From the NCBI GenBank assembly GCA_003599855.1, contig QZKG01000029.1:12078-76077 (forward strand): a stretch of 64,000 nt of DNA. Reading direction: 5' to 3'. The notes below the pieces were generated by a model. It worked only from the letters and a program-made list of their open reading frames with translations, did not search any database and was not told the origin of the DNA. Positions 1 to 8,272 of this stretch are shown piece by piece (positions within the stretch are counted from its first letter, which is position 1; each line of letters opens with the position of its first letter). The translations under genes were made by a program, and so were the position numbers. The stretch comes from Gaiellales bacterium. Its GTDB lineage: Bacteria > Actinomycetota > Thermoleophilia > BMS3ABIN01.

Positions 1-1132
1 ATCCGTCCGGAAGGTTGGCTGAAGCCCGGACCCGATAGCTGCCATCGGGAAGGCTCTTTGTTCGGTAGCTGCCATCGGCGCCGGCCACCACGGAGCTGAC
101 GATGATGCCCGTGGCATCGTAGACATCAACCAGGGCATAGGCGGCGGGCTGGCCGCCCTGCCGGGTGATGCTGCCACCTATGGTCCCACCCCTGTAAAGG
201 CTGGCATCGATGTCCGACGCCGTCTTTCCTTCCGCCACCGCTACCGTCTTGGCAGTGGCATGGGTGGACTGCTCGCGGAACCACTGGAGAGCGAACTCCG
301 TGCCGTAAGGACTGAACATCACCTTGTAATCACCAGCCTCCAGACCGGCGATCTGGTAGACGCCGTCCTTGCCGGTGACGCCCACGCCCTTCAGCTCGAT
401 AGCGTCGCAGGGGCCGGCCAGGCAGTTGACCTCGATGAACAGGAAGGCGAAGACGTTGACGCCGGAGACGCCGGCGCCGTTCTCATCGCGCGCTGTCCCC
501 GCCAGGGAACCGCCGGAGACAGCCTTGTTCATCACCTGCGCGATGTAGACCGCCTGGCCCTCGCCCACCGTCACCACGGCCGCCGAGCCGGGGCTGTATC
601 CGCCATACCAGGCCGGTTCGTAGACCCCGGCCGGGTCGGAGAAGAACACCTTGTACCGGCCCGGGCTCACCTGGGCGCTGAACGCGCCCCCGATCACGGT
701 CGCGCTGAAGCCCGCGGGCGATCCGTCAGGCAGGAAGAACGTCACCCTGATGCCCTCCAGCGGGAAGGACTTGTCGCTCCAGGCGGCGCCCCAGACAGTT
801 CCCGGAAGGGGTGGCGCCGGAGTCGGCTGCCCTGCTCCCCCGGACTCGCCAGACTGATCGGTCAGGAAGGCGCTCCCTCCAAAGCCTGTGGCTGGCGCCG
901 GCCCGCTGGGCGCCCCGGGAGGCGTCCCTGGCCCCGGGCCCAGCGCTGCGCCAGGCAGGGTATCTTCCTGGACGGCTGCCGCCTCGGAGACGATGGTCCC
1001 GTCGCCGTCGGCCGATTGCCCAGGATCACAGGAAAAGACGATGAAGAAAACGAGGAGCATGGCTGCCAGCAATGACAGCAGCAACAGGAAGACTCCCAGG
1101 CGCCCGGGGTTCTTAACGTGACTTCCAGCCAT
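1..1132 (-). CDS. membrane-anchored protein with carboxypeptidase-regulatory-like repeats (partial, continues beyond window start)
   Basis: Own translation of the minus strand from ATG 1130-1132 (GGAGAAAGG upstream) gives MAGSHVKNPGRLGVFLLLLSLLAAMLLVFFIV (TM anchor). A Pro/Gly-rich linker follows, then repeated modules of the type DG.Y....L..G.Y.V. The frame is open to base 1. It is absent from the ORF track because no stop lies inside the window. Confidence 0.75.
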   Translation of the reverse strand, partial: MAGSHVKNPGRLGVFLLLLSLLAAMLLVFFIVFSCDPGQSADGDGTIVSEAAAVQEDTLPGAALGPGPGTPPGAPSGPAPATGFGGSAFLTDQSGESGGAGQPTPAPPLPGTVWGAAWSDKSFPLEGIRVTFFLPDGSPAGFSATVIGGAFSAQVSPGRYKVFFSDPAGVYEPAWYGGYSPGSAAVVTVGEGQAVYIAQVMNKAVSGGSLAGTARDENGAGVSGVNVFAFLFIEVNCLAGPCDAIELKGVGVTGKDGVYQIAGLEAGDYKVMFSPYGTEFALQWFREQSTHATAKTVAVAEGKTASDIDASLYRGGTIGGSITRQGGQPAAYALVDVYDATGIIVSSVVAGADGSYRTKSLPDGSYRVRASANLPDG

Positions 1133-1206
1133 AAAGGTCAGAACCTTTCTCCATACACAGCCCGCTCGCGCAGACCGCGCCTCTCCCCCGGCCCCAAGTG
1201 AAGTCT

Positions 1207-1215
1207 ATTATACCA
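1207..1215 (-). promoter_or_regulatory. extended -10 element TGgTATAAT upstream of the repeat-protein gene
   Basis: Minus strand reads ctggTATAATag about 75 nt upstream of the ATG at 1132. Confidence 0.4.
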
Positions 1216-1228
1216 GCACAATTACTAA

Positions 1229-1258
1229 TAAAAAACATCTGCCGCTTCAGCGGCTGAC
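1229..1258 (-). terminator. intrinsic terminator after the PBP gene
   Basis: Minus-strand hairpin GCCGC-tgaa-GCGGC followed by AGAUGUUUUUUAUUAG, about 35 nt downstream of the PBP stop. Confidence 0.6.
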
Positions 1259-1292
1259 AGGCCTGTCCCAAAAAGTCAACACCTGGAGCGCC

Positions 1293-3302
1293 CTACTCGC
1301 CGGACGGCTCCTGGCCTGCCTCATCTTCCTCGCCCTCACGGCCATAAACGTCGTCCCGCGGTGTCGTCTCGGGCTTGTCGCCACCCGAGAAAAGCACATA
1401 CCTGCCCTGCAGCCGCTTGAAGTCCACCTGCTCCTTGGGAGCGGGGAAATCGCTCGCCGGTACATCCTTCAATGCCGAGAGCATGAAGTCCTTCCAGATG
1501 GTCGCGGGGAAGCCGCCGCCCCAGACGCTGCCGCCGTGGACGTTGGTCATGGGGATCTGCTCGTCCGGATAGCCGATCCAGACCGAGGTGGAAAGGTTGG
1601 GGGTGTAACCCACGAACCAGGCGTCCTGCAGGTTCTCGGTGGAGCCGGTCTTGCCCGCCGCGGGCCTGCCGATGTTGGCCCGGGACGATGTGCCCTTCTC
1701 GATATCCGCCTTCAGTACGTCTGTGACCACAAAGGCTACGCCATCCGAAACCGCCTTGGTGGGGGTGGGGTCGGCGATATAATCGACTTCACCGTTGGGC
1801 AGCTCCACCCTGGTGACCGCGGTGGGCTTGTTGTACATGCCGCCCGCCGCCAGGGTGGCGTAGGCCGAGGCCATCTCCAGGGGGGATACCCCCTGCCCCA
1901 GACCACCCAGGGCGATGGAGGGATTGGCCGACATCTCGCTCTGGATCCCCAGACGCTTGGCGATGTCACGGGTCTTGTCGGGGCCTACATCCATGACCAG
2001 CTGGGCGTAGACGGTGTTGTCCGAGCGCAGCATGGCCTCCTCGAGGCTGGAAACGCCGAAGTACTTGTAATCGTAAGTGTGGACGCTCCAGACCGATGAT
2101 TCGCCGCCCCCCATGGGGATATCGATCTGCTTGGACATGTAGTAGGTCCGCTTGGGGTTCGCCCCCTTCTCGACAGCGGCGGTAAGCACGAAGGGCTTGA
2201 AGGTCGACCCCGGCTGGCGCTTCCCCTGCGCCGCCAGGTTGAACTTGTAGCTGGCGAAATCCTGGCTGCTGACCATAGCCCGGATGTGCCCGTTGGACGG
2301 GTCGATAGCCACGATGGCGGCCGCCGGGTCAGCGGGGTCGTAAAGCGTTGCCTGGATCGCATCGAGACCCGCCTGCTGCAACTGTGGCTCGATGGTCGTA
2401 TAGACCCTGAGGCCGCCCTCGTAAAGCACCTCGGGACCGTACTTGTCCACCAGCTCCTGCTTCACATACTCCACGAAGTAAGGCTCCACCACGCCGCTGC
2501 CGGTGGGACTCAGCTCTATCGCCGCCGGCTTGATCCGGTCGGCTTCCTCCTGGGTGATGTAACCGAGGTCAGCCATCTTCTGCAGCACCACGTTGCGCCG
2601 CGCGAGCGCTTCCTGGGGATACTGGACCGGCGAGCTGGCCGAGGGCGCGTTGGGCAGGCCGGCCAGGGTGGCGCATTCCGCCAGGCCCAGCTCGGACACG
2701 CTCTTGCCGAAATAAGTCTGCGCCGCCGCCTCGACCCCGTAGGCATTCTCACCGTAATAGATCGTGTTGAGGTACCGCTCCAGGATCGTCTCCTTCGAGA
2801 TCTTCTTCTCCAGCTCCGTCGCCAGGTAAGCCTCTGCTATCTTGCGGCTGAAACTGAGCTCGTCGGTGACGTAGACGTTTTTGACCAGCTGCTGGGTTAT
2901 GGTACTGCCGCCTTCCGCCAGCTCGCCATGGGTGATGTCGCGCATGGCGGCGCGGCCGATCGCTTCCAGGTCCACGCCACTATGCTCGTAGAACCTCTCG
3001 TCCTCGATGGCGATGGTGGCGTCTACCAGGTCCTGCGGGATTGAGGAGAGGGGGACGACGGTGCGATTCTCGGTGCCGAAGACCTCCGCCAGCAGGGTCC
3101 CGTCCGCGGCGTAGATCTTGGAAGTCTGGCCCAGGGAAGACAGGTCATGCTCATCGATGGAAGGCAGGTCGTCGACGATGGCGAGCACCCTGTGTATGCC
3201 GAACGCCGCCGCCATGAGAGCCACCAGGCCCAGAAAGCCCAGTATGCCAAGGAAGTAGAACCGGTTTGTTTTTCGCTTGTTTCTCCTGCGACGACGAGGC
3301 AT
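1293..3302 (-). CDS. class A penicillin-binding protein (glycosyltransferase GT51 + transpeptidase)
   Basis: 669 aa with an N-terminal TM helix. GT51 motifs EDERFYEHSGVD and GGSTITQQLVKN. Transpeptidase motifs STFKP, SDN and KTGST. Confidence 0.95.
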   Translation of the reverse strand: MPRRRRRNKRKTNRFYFLGILGFLGLVALMAAAFGIHRVLAIVDDLPSIDEHDLSSLGQTSKIYAADGTLLAEVFGTENRTVVPLSSIPQDLVDATIAIEDERFYEHSGVDLEAIGRAAMRDITHGELAEGGSTITQQLVKNVYVTDELSFSRKIAEAYLATELEKKISKETILERYLNTIYYGENAYGVEAAAQTYFGKSVSELGLAECATLAGLPNAPSASSPVQYPQEALARRNVVLQKMADLGYITQEEADRIKPAAIELSPTGSGVVEPYFVEYVKQELVDKYGPEVLYEGGLRVYTTIEPQLQQAGLDAIQATLYDPADPAAAIVAIDPSNGHIRAMVSSQDFASYKFNLAAQGKRQPGSTFKPFVLTAAVEKGANPKRTYYMSKQIDIPMGGGESSVWSVHTYDYKYFGVSSLEEAMLRSDNTVYAQLVMDVGPDKTRDIAKRLGIQSEMSANPSIALGGLGQGVSPLEMASAYATLAAGGMYNKPTAVTRVELPNGEVDYIADPTPTKAVSDGVAFVVTDVLKADIEKGTSSRANIGRPAAGKTGSTENLQDAWFVGYTPNLSTSVWIGYPDEQIPMTNVHGGSVWGGGFPATIWKDFMLSALKDVPASDFPAPKEQVDFKRLQGRYVLFSGGDKPETTPRDDVYGREGEEDEAGQEPSGE

Positions 3303-3541
3303 CGGGTATCGCCAACCCTGTTGGTTATTGCCGGCGCGGCCTGAAGCGGCCGCCGCGTGCGTGCAAATTGCCTTGGAACTGCTTGAGAGATTCTACCATA
3401 GTATTGGCCCCTGGCCGCCCGCGTCCTGCAACCAGCGGCCGTATGTGCGGCGCTTGCGGGTGCCAGCATGTGGGAGTACCCGGCAGCGTCAGGCAAGGGC
3501 GCTCTGGCGGGTGGCCGGCCGGGGCGAAGCAGCGGGTATGG

Positions 3542-3823
3542 CTACTTCACGTGCTGGATATACTTCATGAAGATCTCGAAAGCTTCTTCCACGGCGACGT
3601 CGTTCAACTCCATCTCGTCGGAGCTGTGCTTGAGGCACTCCTTCATCCTGTGACTGATGAGGTAGACGCCCACCCGGTCCAGCGCGGCCCTGGTGGCCGC
3701 CAGCTGGGTCAGGACGTCCTCGCATCGTTTATCTTCAGAGATCATGCGCTGCAGGCCGCGCACCTGGCCCTCGATGCGACGAAGCCTGTTCAGTACCTTC
3801 TCTATGTCGGTTTTTGCCACCAT
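3542..3823 (-). CDS. csoR: CsoR/RcnR (DUF156) family metal-sensing transcriptional repressor
   Basis: 93 aa. LNRLRRIEGQVRGLQRMI helix typical of the family. Conserved Cys (DKRCEDV) plus His/Cys (SHRMKEC) ligand positions. Confidence 0.85.
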   Translation of the reverse strand: MVAKTDIEKVLNRLRRIEGQVRGLQRMISEDKRCEDVLTQLAATRAALDRVGVYLISHRMKECLKHSSDEMELNDVAVEEAFEIFMKYIQHVK

Positions 3824-3904
3824 CAGATATCCGTCGGTTTTTCTGAAGAGACAGGATGACGCTCCCCGCCTCCGCTGCCTGGCGGGCAGCCTTGAAGAAT
3901 CGAT

Positions 3905-3918
3905 TACCCCTAAGGGTA
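3905..3918. promoter_or_regulatory. candidate CsoR operator, inverted repeat TACCC-N4-GGGTA
   Basis: TACCCCTAAGGGTA lies just downstream of a minus-strand tgTGtGATAAT -10-like element and about 85 nt upstream of the csoR start. It resembles the GC-tract inverted repeats bound by CsoR proteins. Confidence 0.5.
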
Positions 3919-4009
3919 TTCAGTATTATCACACGGTGTTTTTTAGGCTGTCAAGACGCGCGGCGCCCAGTCCCAGTGTGCCTCGTCCGGCGAACGCCCG
4001 GACAGCAAC

Positions 4010-4213
4010 CTACCCACCCTTGCCGGTCAACGTCAGATACGTCGCTATCCCCAGCAGGACTGTTACGAAACCGAATATGTAGAGCGCCGAATTATTCGTG
4101 TCTCCGACCCACCAGGCACTGGTGAAGATGGTGATGCCGAAGACTACCTGGACCCCGGCCATAATGGAACTGAAATCGCGCTTCTTGCTGCGCCTCTTGC
4201 CGCTCTCTTTCAT
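4010..4213 (-). CDS. small two-TM membrane protein, unknown function
   Basis: Internal ATG at 4213 preceded by GGTGGAGG. 67 aa: MKESGKRRSKKRDFSS followed by two hydrophobic helices. Confidence 0.55.
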   Translation of the reverse strand: MKESGKRRSKKRDFSSIMAGVQVVFGITIFTSAWWVGDTNNSALYIFGFVTVLLGIATYLTLTGKGG

Positions 4214-4402
4214 GGCTGACCTCCACCTTTGTCCTGCACGAATTGTTCGTTGCTGCCGGTCCGACTCCTGCACGGGGCGCTACACCGCATCGCTGTTTGC
4301 GATTCAACATATCAGAGCAAGATATGAAATGATAACAACACACTGGAGGGACCGTGCGTCTTGACTCGACGCCGGCCAGGAAATCCGTAAGTGGAGGGAA
4401 AC

Positions 4403-4957
4403 TTGATCGATACCGCAAGCCTGATGGAAAGACTCAAGGAGCTGCTGCTCAGCGAGGCCTACATGGAGGGGGACTTCGTCCTGACCTCCGGCAAGCATAG
4501 CGACCACTACTTCGACTGCAAGCAGGTGACCCTGCACCCGGAAGGGCTGGCGGTGGTCTCCGAGCTCCTGGCGGAGAAGCTCCACGACCTGAGCGTGCCG
4601 GCCATCGGCGGGCTCGCCATCGGGGCCGACCCGATAGTGGGCGGAGTGGTGAGCGCCAGCTGGCGCTACGGTTTCCCGGTGCGGGGTTTCATCGTCCGCA
4701 AGGAGCCCAAGAAGCACGGGACCCGCAACTGGATCGAGGGCCCGGTGGAGAAAGGCGGGCGCGTCGCCATCGTGGACGACGTCGTCACCAGTGGCGGCTC
4801 CATCATAACCGCGGTCAATTGCGCCAGGCTGGAAGGCCTGGAGCCAGTGGTGGCCATAGCCATCGTCGACAGGGAAGAAGGCGGGGCCGAGAACATCGAG
4901 CGCGAGGGCAATATCCCCTTCGAGCCGCTCTACCGCTACAGCGAACTGTTCAGGTGA
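4403..4957 (+). CDS. pyrE: orotate phosphoribosyltransferase
   Basis: PRPP-binding motif VAIVDDVVTSGGS. FVLTSGKHSDHYFDCK N-terminal region, short actinobacterial-type length. Start is uncertain: TTG 4403 after GGAGGG, with alternatives GTG 4391 and ATG 4424. Confidence 0.9.
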   Translation: MIDTASLMERLKELLLSEAYMEGDFVLTSGKHSDHYFDCKQVTLHPEGLAVVSELLAEKLHDLSVPAIGGLAIGADPIVGGVVSASWRYGFPVRGFIVRKEPKKHGTRNWIEGPVEKGGRVAIVDDVVTSGGSIITAVNCARLEGLEPVVAIAIVDREEGGAENIEREGNIPFEPLYRYSELFR

Positions 4958-5010
4958 CCGCGGCCCCGGATGATGTTTGGGCGCCGGCGGGCCACGGGTA
5001 ACCTGCCATT

Positions 5011-6735
5011 ATGGATTACACCATCGATTACACCATCAGGATAGGCGGACAGGCCGGGCAGGGCCTGCAGACCATCGGCGCCGTCCTGGCGAAGCTGTTC
5101 GCGCGCCAGGGGCTGCACGTCTTCACGCACCAGGATTACATGTCGCGCGTGAGGGGCGGCCACAATTTCTATCAGTTGCGCTTCGCCAGCCGCCCGGTGC
5201 ACTCGTCCCGCCGCGGCGTGGACATCCTCCTGGCGCTTGACGGCGATACCGTCCTGATGCACCAGGCAGACCTCAACCCCCGCGGCATCGTTATCTATGA
5301 CTCCGCTGCGGTGAGGCGGTCTTTTGACGGTCCGGATTTCCTCGATGTGCCGCTGCGCCGGATTTCCATGGACCTTACGGGCGTGAGGCTGATGGAGAAC
5401 ACTGCCGCGGTGGGTGCAGTCATGGGCATCCTCGGTCTGGACCTGGGCCCCCTGGAGCGGCTCCTGGGTGAGACCTTCGAGAAAAAAGGGCGGGAGGTCG
5501 TCGACCAGAACATCGCTGTTGCCCGGGAAGGCGCTGCCTTCGCCCGGGACAACTGCCCCGAGTGCGCCTTCCAGGTGCCCGAGACCGGTGGCCAGCCCAG
5601 GATACTGCTGGACGGCAGCACCGGGGCCGGCCTCGGGGCGCTGGTGAGTGGCTGCCGATTCTACGCGGCCTACCCCATGACCCCCTCCACCGGTGTCCTC
5701 AACTTCATGGCCTCTCAGAGCAAGAGCCACGGCATCGTGGTGGAGCAGGCCGAGGATGAGATCGCCGCCATCAACATGGCCATCGGCGCTTCCTACGCCG
5801 GCGTCCGCTCCATGACCGGCACCGCCGGCGGCGGCTTCGCCCTGATGGTCGAAGGCCTGTCGCTGGCAGGCATGACCGAGACCCCGGTGGTGATCTACGT
5901 GGGCCAGCGCCCCGCGCCGGCCACCGGTCTGCCCACGCGCACCGAGCAGGCAGACCTGCTGTTCGTCATCCACGCAGCCCACGGGGAATTCCCCCGGGTC
6001 GTCTTCGCGCCGGGCACTCCCGAACAGGCCTTTTACCTGACTAACAGGGCATTCGACCTGGCTGACAAGTACCAGGTCCCGGCGTTCATCCTCTCCGACC
6101 AGTACCTGGTCGATTCCGAGTGGACCCTGGACGGGCTTGATCCCGGGCGCCTTTCGCAAGACAGCTGGCGCCTCGGGGCGGCGGAACTGGAAGGCCTGGA
6201 CAGTTACCGGCGCCACGCCCTGACCGACACCGGCGTGTCGCCCCTGGCAGCGCCGGGGCTGTCGCGGCACCTGGTGGTGACCGACAGCGATGAGCATGAC
6301 GAGGATGGACACCTGATCGAGGACGCCGAGACCCGCAACCTCATGGTGGACAAGCGCCTGCTGAAGAAGCTGCCGCTGATCCGGGAGGAGATCGAGCCGC
6401 CGCTGCTCTACGGCGACAAGCAGCCGGAGCTCGTCATCGTCGGCTGGGGCTCGACCTTCGGAGTCATGAAGGACGCCGTCGACGAGCTTGGCAGCAGCGA
6501 GAGCGTCGCCATGCTCCACTTCAGCCAGGTGTTCCCCTTCCCCACGCGGGAACACTTCGATTTCATCGACCTGCTGCAGCGGGCCGGGCGGACGGTTTGC
6601 GTCGAGAACAACGCCACCTCCCAGTTCGCCCGCCTGATGCGGGCCGAGACCGGCTACCAGTGTGACGACCACGTTACCCGTTTCGACGGGCGCCCGTTCC
6701 TGCTGGATGAACTGCTGGAGGCGATCCATGGCTGA
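5011..6735 (+). CDS. 2-oxoacid:ferredoxin oxidoreductase, fused gamma-alpha subunit
   Basis: 574 aa. N-terminal gamma-type domain (IGGQAGQGLQTIG), then an alpha domain (AAYPMTPST, EDEIAAINMAIGASYAG). Substrate specificity cannot be told from the sequence. Confidence 0.9.
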   Translation: MDYTIDYTIRIGGQAGQGLQTIGAVLAKLFARQGLHVFTHQDYMSRVRGGHNFYQLRFASRPVHSSRRGVDILLALDGDTVLMHQADLNPRGIVIYDSAAVRRSFDGPDFLDVPLRRISMDLTGVRLMENTAAVGAVMGILGLDLGPLERLLGETFEKKGREVVDQNIAVAREGAAFARDNCPECAFQVPETGGQPRILLDGSTGAGLGALVSGCRFYAAYPMTPSTGVLNFMASQSKSHGIVVEQAEDEIAAINMAIGASYAGVRSMTGTAGGGFALMVEGLSLAGMTETPVVIYVGQRPAPATGLPTRTEQADLLFVIHAAHGEFPRVVFAPGTPEQAFYLTNRAFDLADKYQVPAFILSDQYLVDSEWTLDGLDPGRLSQDSWRLGAAELEGLDSYRRHALTDTGVSPLAAPGLSRHLVVTDSDEHDEDGHLIEDAETRNLMVDKRLLKKLPLIREEIEPPLLYGDKQPELVIVGWGSTFGVMKDAVDELGSSESVAMLHFSQVFPFPTREHFDFIDLLQRAGRTVCVENNATSQFARLMRAETGYQCDDHVTRFDGRPFLLDELLEAIHG

Positions 6736-7582
6736 ACCCCAGGACTATACCGGACAGAAGCCGGCCTGGTGCCCCGGCTGCGGCAATTTCCAGATACTCA
6801 AGGTCTTCAGGGACACCATGGCAGGAACGGGGCTCGAGCCCCATGAGCTGGTGCTGGTTTCGGGGATCGGTCAGGCGGGCAAGTTCCCTCACTACACCCG
6901 CGCCAACGTCTTCAACGGGCTGCACGGCAGGACGATCCCTGTCGCCACAGCCGTCAAGCTGGTCAACCATGACCTGAACGTGGTGGCCGTCGCGGGCGAC
7001 GGCGACTGCTACGGCGAGGGCGGCAACCACCTGATACACGCCATGCGGCGAAACATCGGCATCAAGGTCTTCGTGCACAACAACCAGATCTACGGCCTGA
7101 CCAAGGGCCAGGCTTCACCCACCACCGGCGAAGGCGTTGTCACCAAGACCCAGCCGTTCGGTGTGCTCCTGGAGGCGCTCAACCCGATGGCGCTCGCGGT
7201 GGCCCTGGACGCCGGTTTTGTCGCCCGCAGCTTTTCGGGTGACCGGGAGCACCTTGGCCAGATGATGCAGGCGGCCCTGGCCCATGACGGCTTCGCCCTG
7301 CTGGACATCTTCCAGCCCTGCGTCGTCTTCAACAAGGTCAACACGGCAGCCTGGTACAAGGAACACACCTATCATCTGCCCGAGGGGCACGACCCGGCAG
7401 ACCGGGAGGCGGCTTTCCGCCTGGCGATGTCAGACGGGGAGAAGATACCGCTGGGCGTGATCTACAAGAACAGTCGCGCGCCATTGGAGAAGCTGCAGCC
7501 GGTGATCGCCGGCCGGGAGCCCCTGGTGAGGCAGGAGTTCGATTTCGATGCCGCCGTGGCCGAGGTTGACAGGTTCTATTAA
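6728..7582 (+). CDS. 2-oxoacid:ferredoxin oxidoreductase beta (TPP-binding) subunit
   Basis: ATG 6728 overlaps the alpha-subunit stop (ATGGCTGA). KPAWCPGCGNF motif and a GDGD TPP-binding region. Confidence 0.9.
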   Translation: MAEPQDYTGQKPAWCPGCGNFQILKVFRDTMAGTGLEPHELVLVSGIGQAGKFPHYTRANVFNGLHGRTIPVATAVKLVNHDLNVVAVAGDGDCYGEGGNHLIHAMRRNIGIKVFVHNNQIYGLTKGQASPTTGEGVVTKTQPFGVLLEALNPMALAVALDAGFVARSFSGDREHLGQMMQAALAHDGFALLDIFQPCVVFNKVNTAAWYKEHTYHLPEGHDPADREAAFRLAMSDGEKIPLGVIYKNSRAPLEKLQPVIAGREPLVRQEFDFDAAVAEVDRFY

Positions 7583-7635
7583 CCCGCGCCGCCGGGCGCT
7601 GCCGCCGCAAGCTCTTGTTATCGGGTGGGCACTCA

Positions 7636-7666
7636 GAAACTGGCCCCTGGGGGACCCCCTAGTTTC
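7636..7666. terminator. GC-rich palindrome between convergent genes (possible bidirectional terminator)
   Basis: GAAACU...AGUUUC outer stem enclosing GGCCCCUGGGGGACCCCC, flanked by short U-rich runs on both strands. Confidence 0.3.
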
Positions 7667-7714
7667 ATATTAGCACCGGAGCGCGATCGCTGGCATCGTA
7701 CCAAAGTTTGATTT

Positions 7715-8257
7715 TCAGCCTGTCCCATGGCCGTACTGCGCCAGCTTCTTCTGGCAGGCGGCGCAGAAGCCCGGCCCTTTGTAATCGGTATCCGCCACCG
7801 CGCTGGAAAAGTGCATGACGCAACGGGGATCTTCGCAGTGGTCGAGATCCGCCACATGCCCGCATTCGTGGACCGCTTCCTTGAGCAGCCTGTCCTGAAT
7901 GATCCGTCCGGGTTCCGCTTCCGTGCCCCCGGCAGACCCCAGGCGGTGCAGGGATACCACCGCCACGCGGGCATCACGGTCCGCTTCGCCGAACACGAAG
8001 TTCATCCGCTTGGCCCCCAGGTCTGCGTCGGTGACGCCGAGCAGCACCGCCCCGGCAGCAGACCGCTGGGACCGCCGGTCCCGCAGGTCGTCAAGGAAGA
8101 CCCTTGCCGCGCACTGTCCGCTCGGCGGCTGCCTGGCGGGCGGCGGCGCGAAAGCTGCAAGATCGGCAGCGCAGTCAAAAAGGCCGGCCAGCCCCTCTGC
8201 CAGCCTGGCCCCCGCCGGCGCCGCCAAGGGGAAGTACGGCACTATCGTTATCCTCAT
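7715..8257 (-). CDS. archaemetzincin-like zinc metallopeptidase (M54 family)
   Basis: HECGHVADLDHC-EDPR-CVM...CAAC matches the archaemetzincin signature HExxHxxGxxHCx4CxM...CxxC, with Gly replaced by Asp. 180 aa. Confidence 0.75.
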   Translation of the reverse strand: MRITIVPYFPLAAPAGARLAEGLAGLFDCAADLAAFAPPPARQPPSGQCAARVFLDDLRDRRSQRSAAGAVLLGVTDADLGAKRMNFVFGEADRDARVAVVSLHRLGSAGGTEAEPGRIIQDRLLKEAVHECGHVADLDHCEDPRCVMHFSSAVADTDYKGPGFCAACQKKLAQYGHGTG

Positions 8258-8272
8258 CCACGTCCTCCATTT

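Noticed and set aside
260-1121. Four overlapping plus-strand ORFs (271, 68, 77, 77 aa)
   Set aside because: All lie antisense to the minus-strand repeat-protein gene, which has a start, SD, promoter and a coherent domain pattern.
4936-6729. 597-aa minus-strand ORF
   Set aside because: Exactly antisense to the well-supported 2-oxoacid:ferredoxin oxidoreductase alpha gene. The product is Gly/Arg/Ala/Val-rich, low-complexity-like, with no motifs. This is a typical high-GC shadow ORF.
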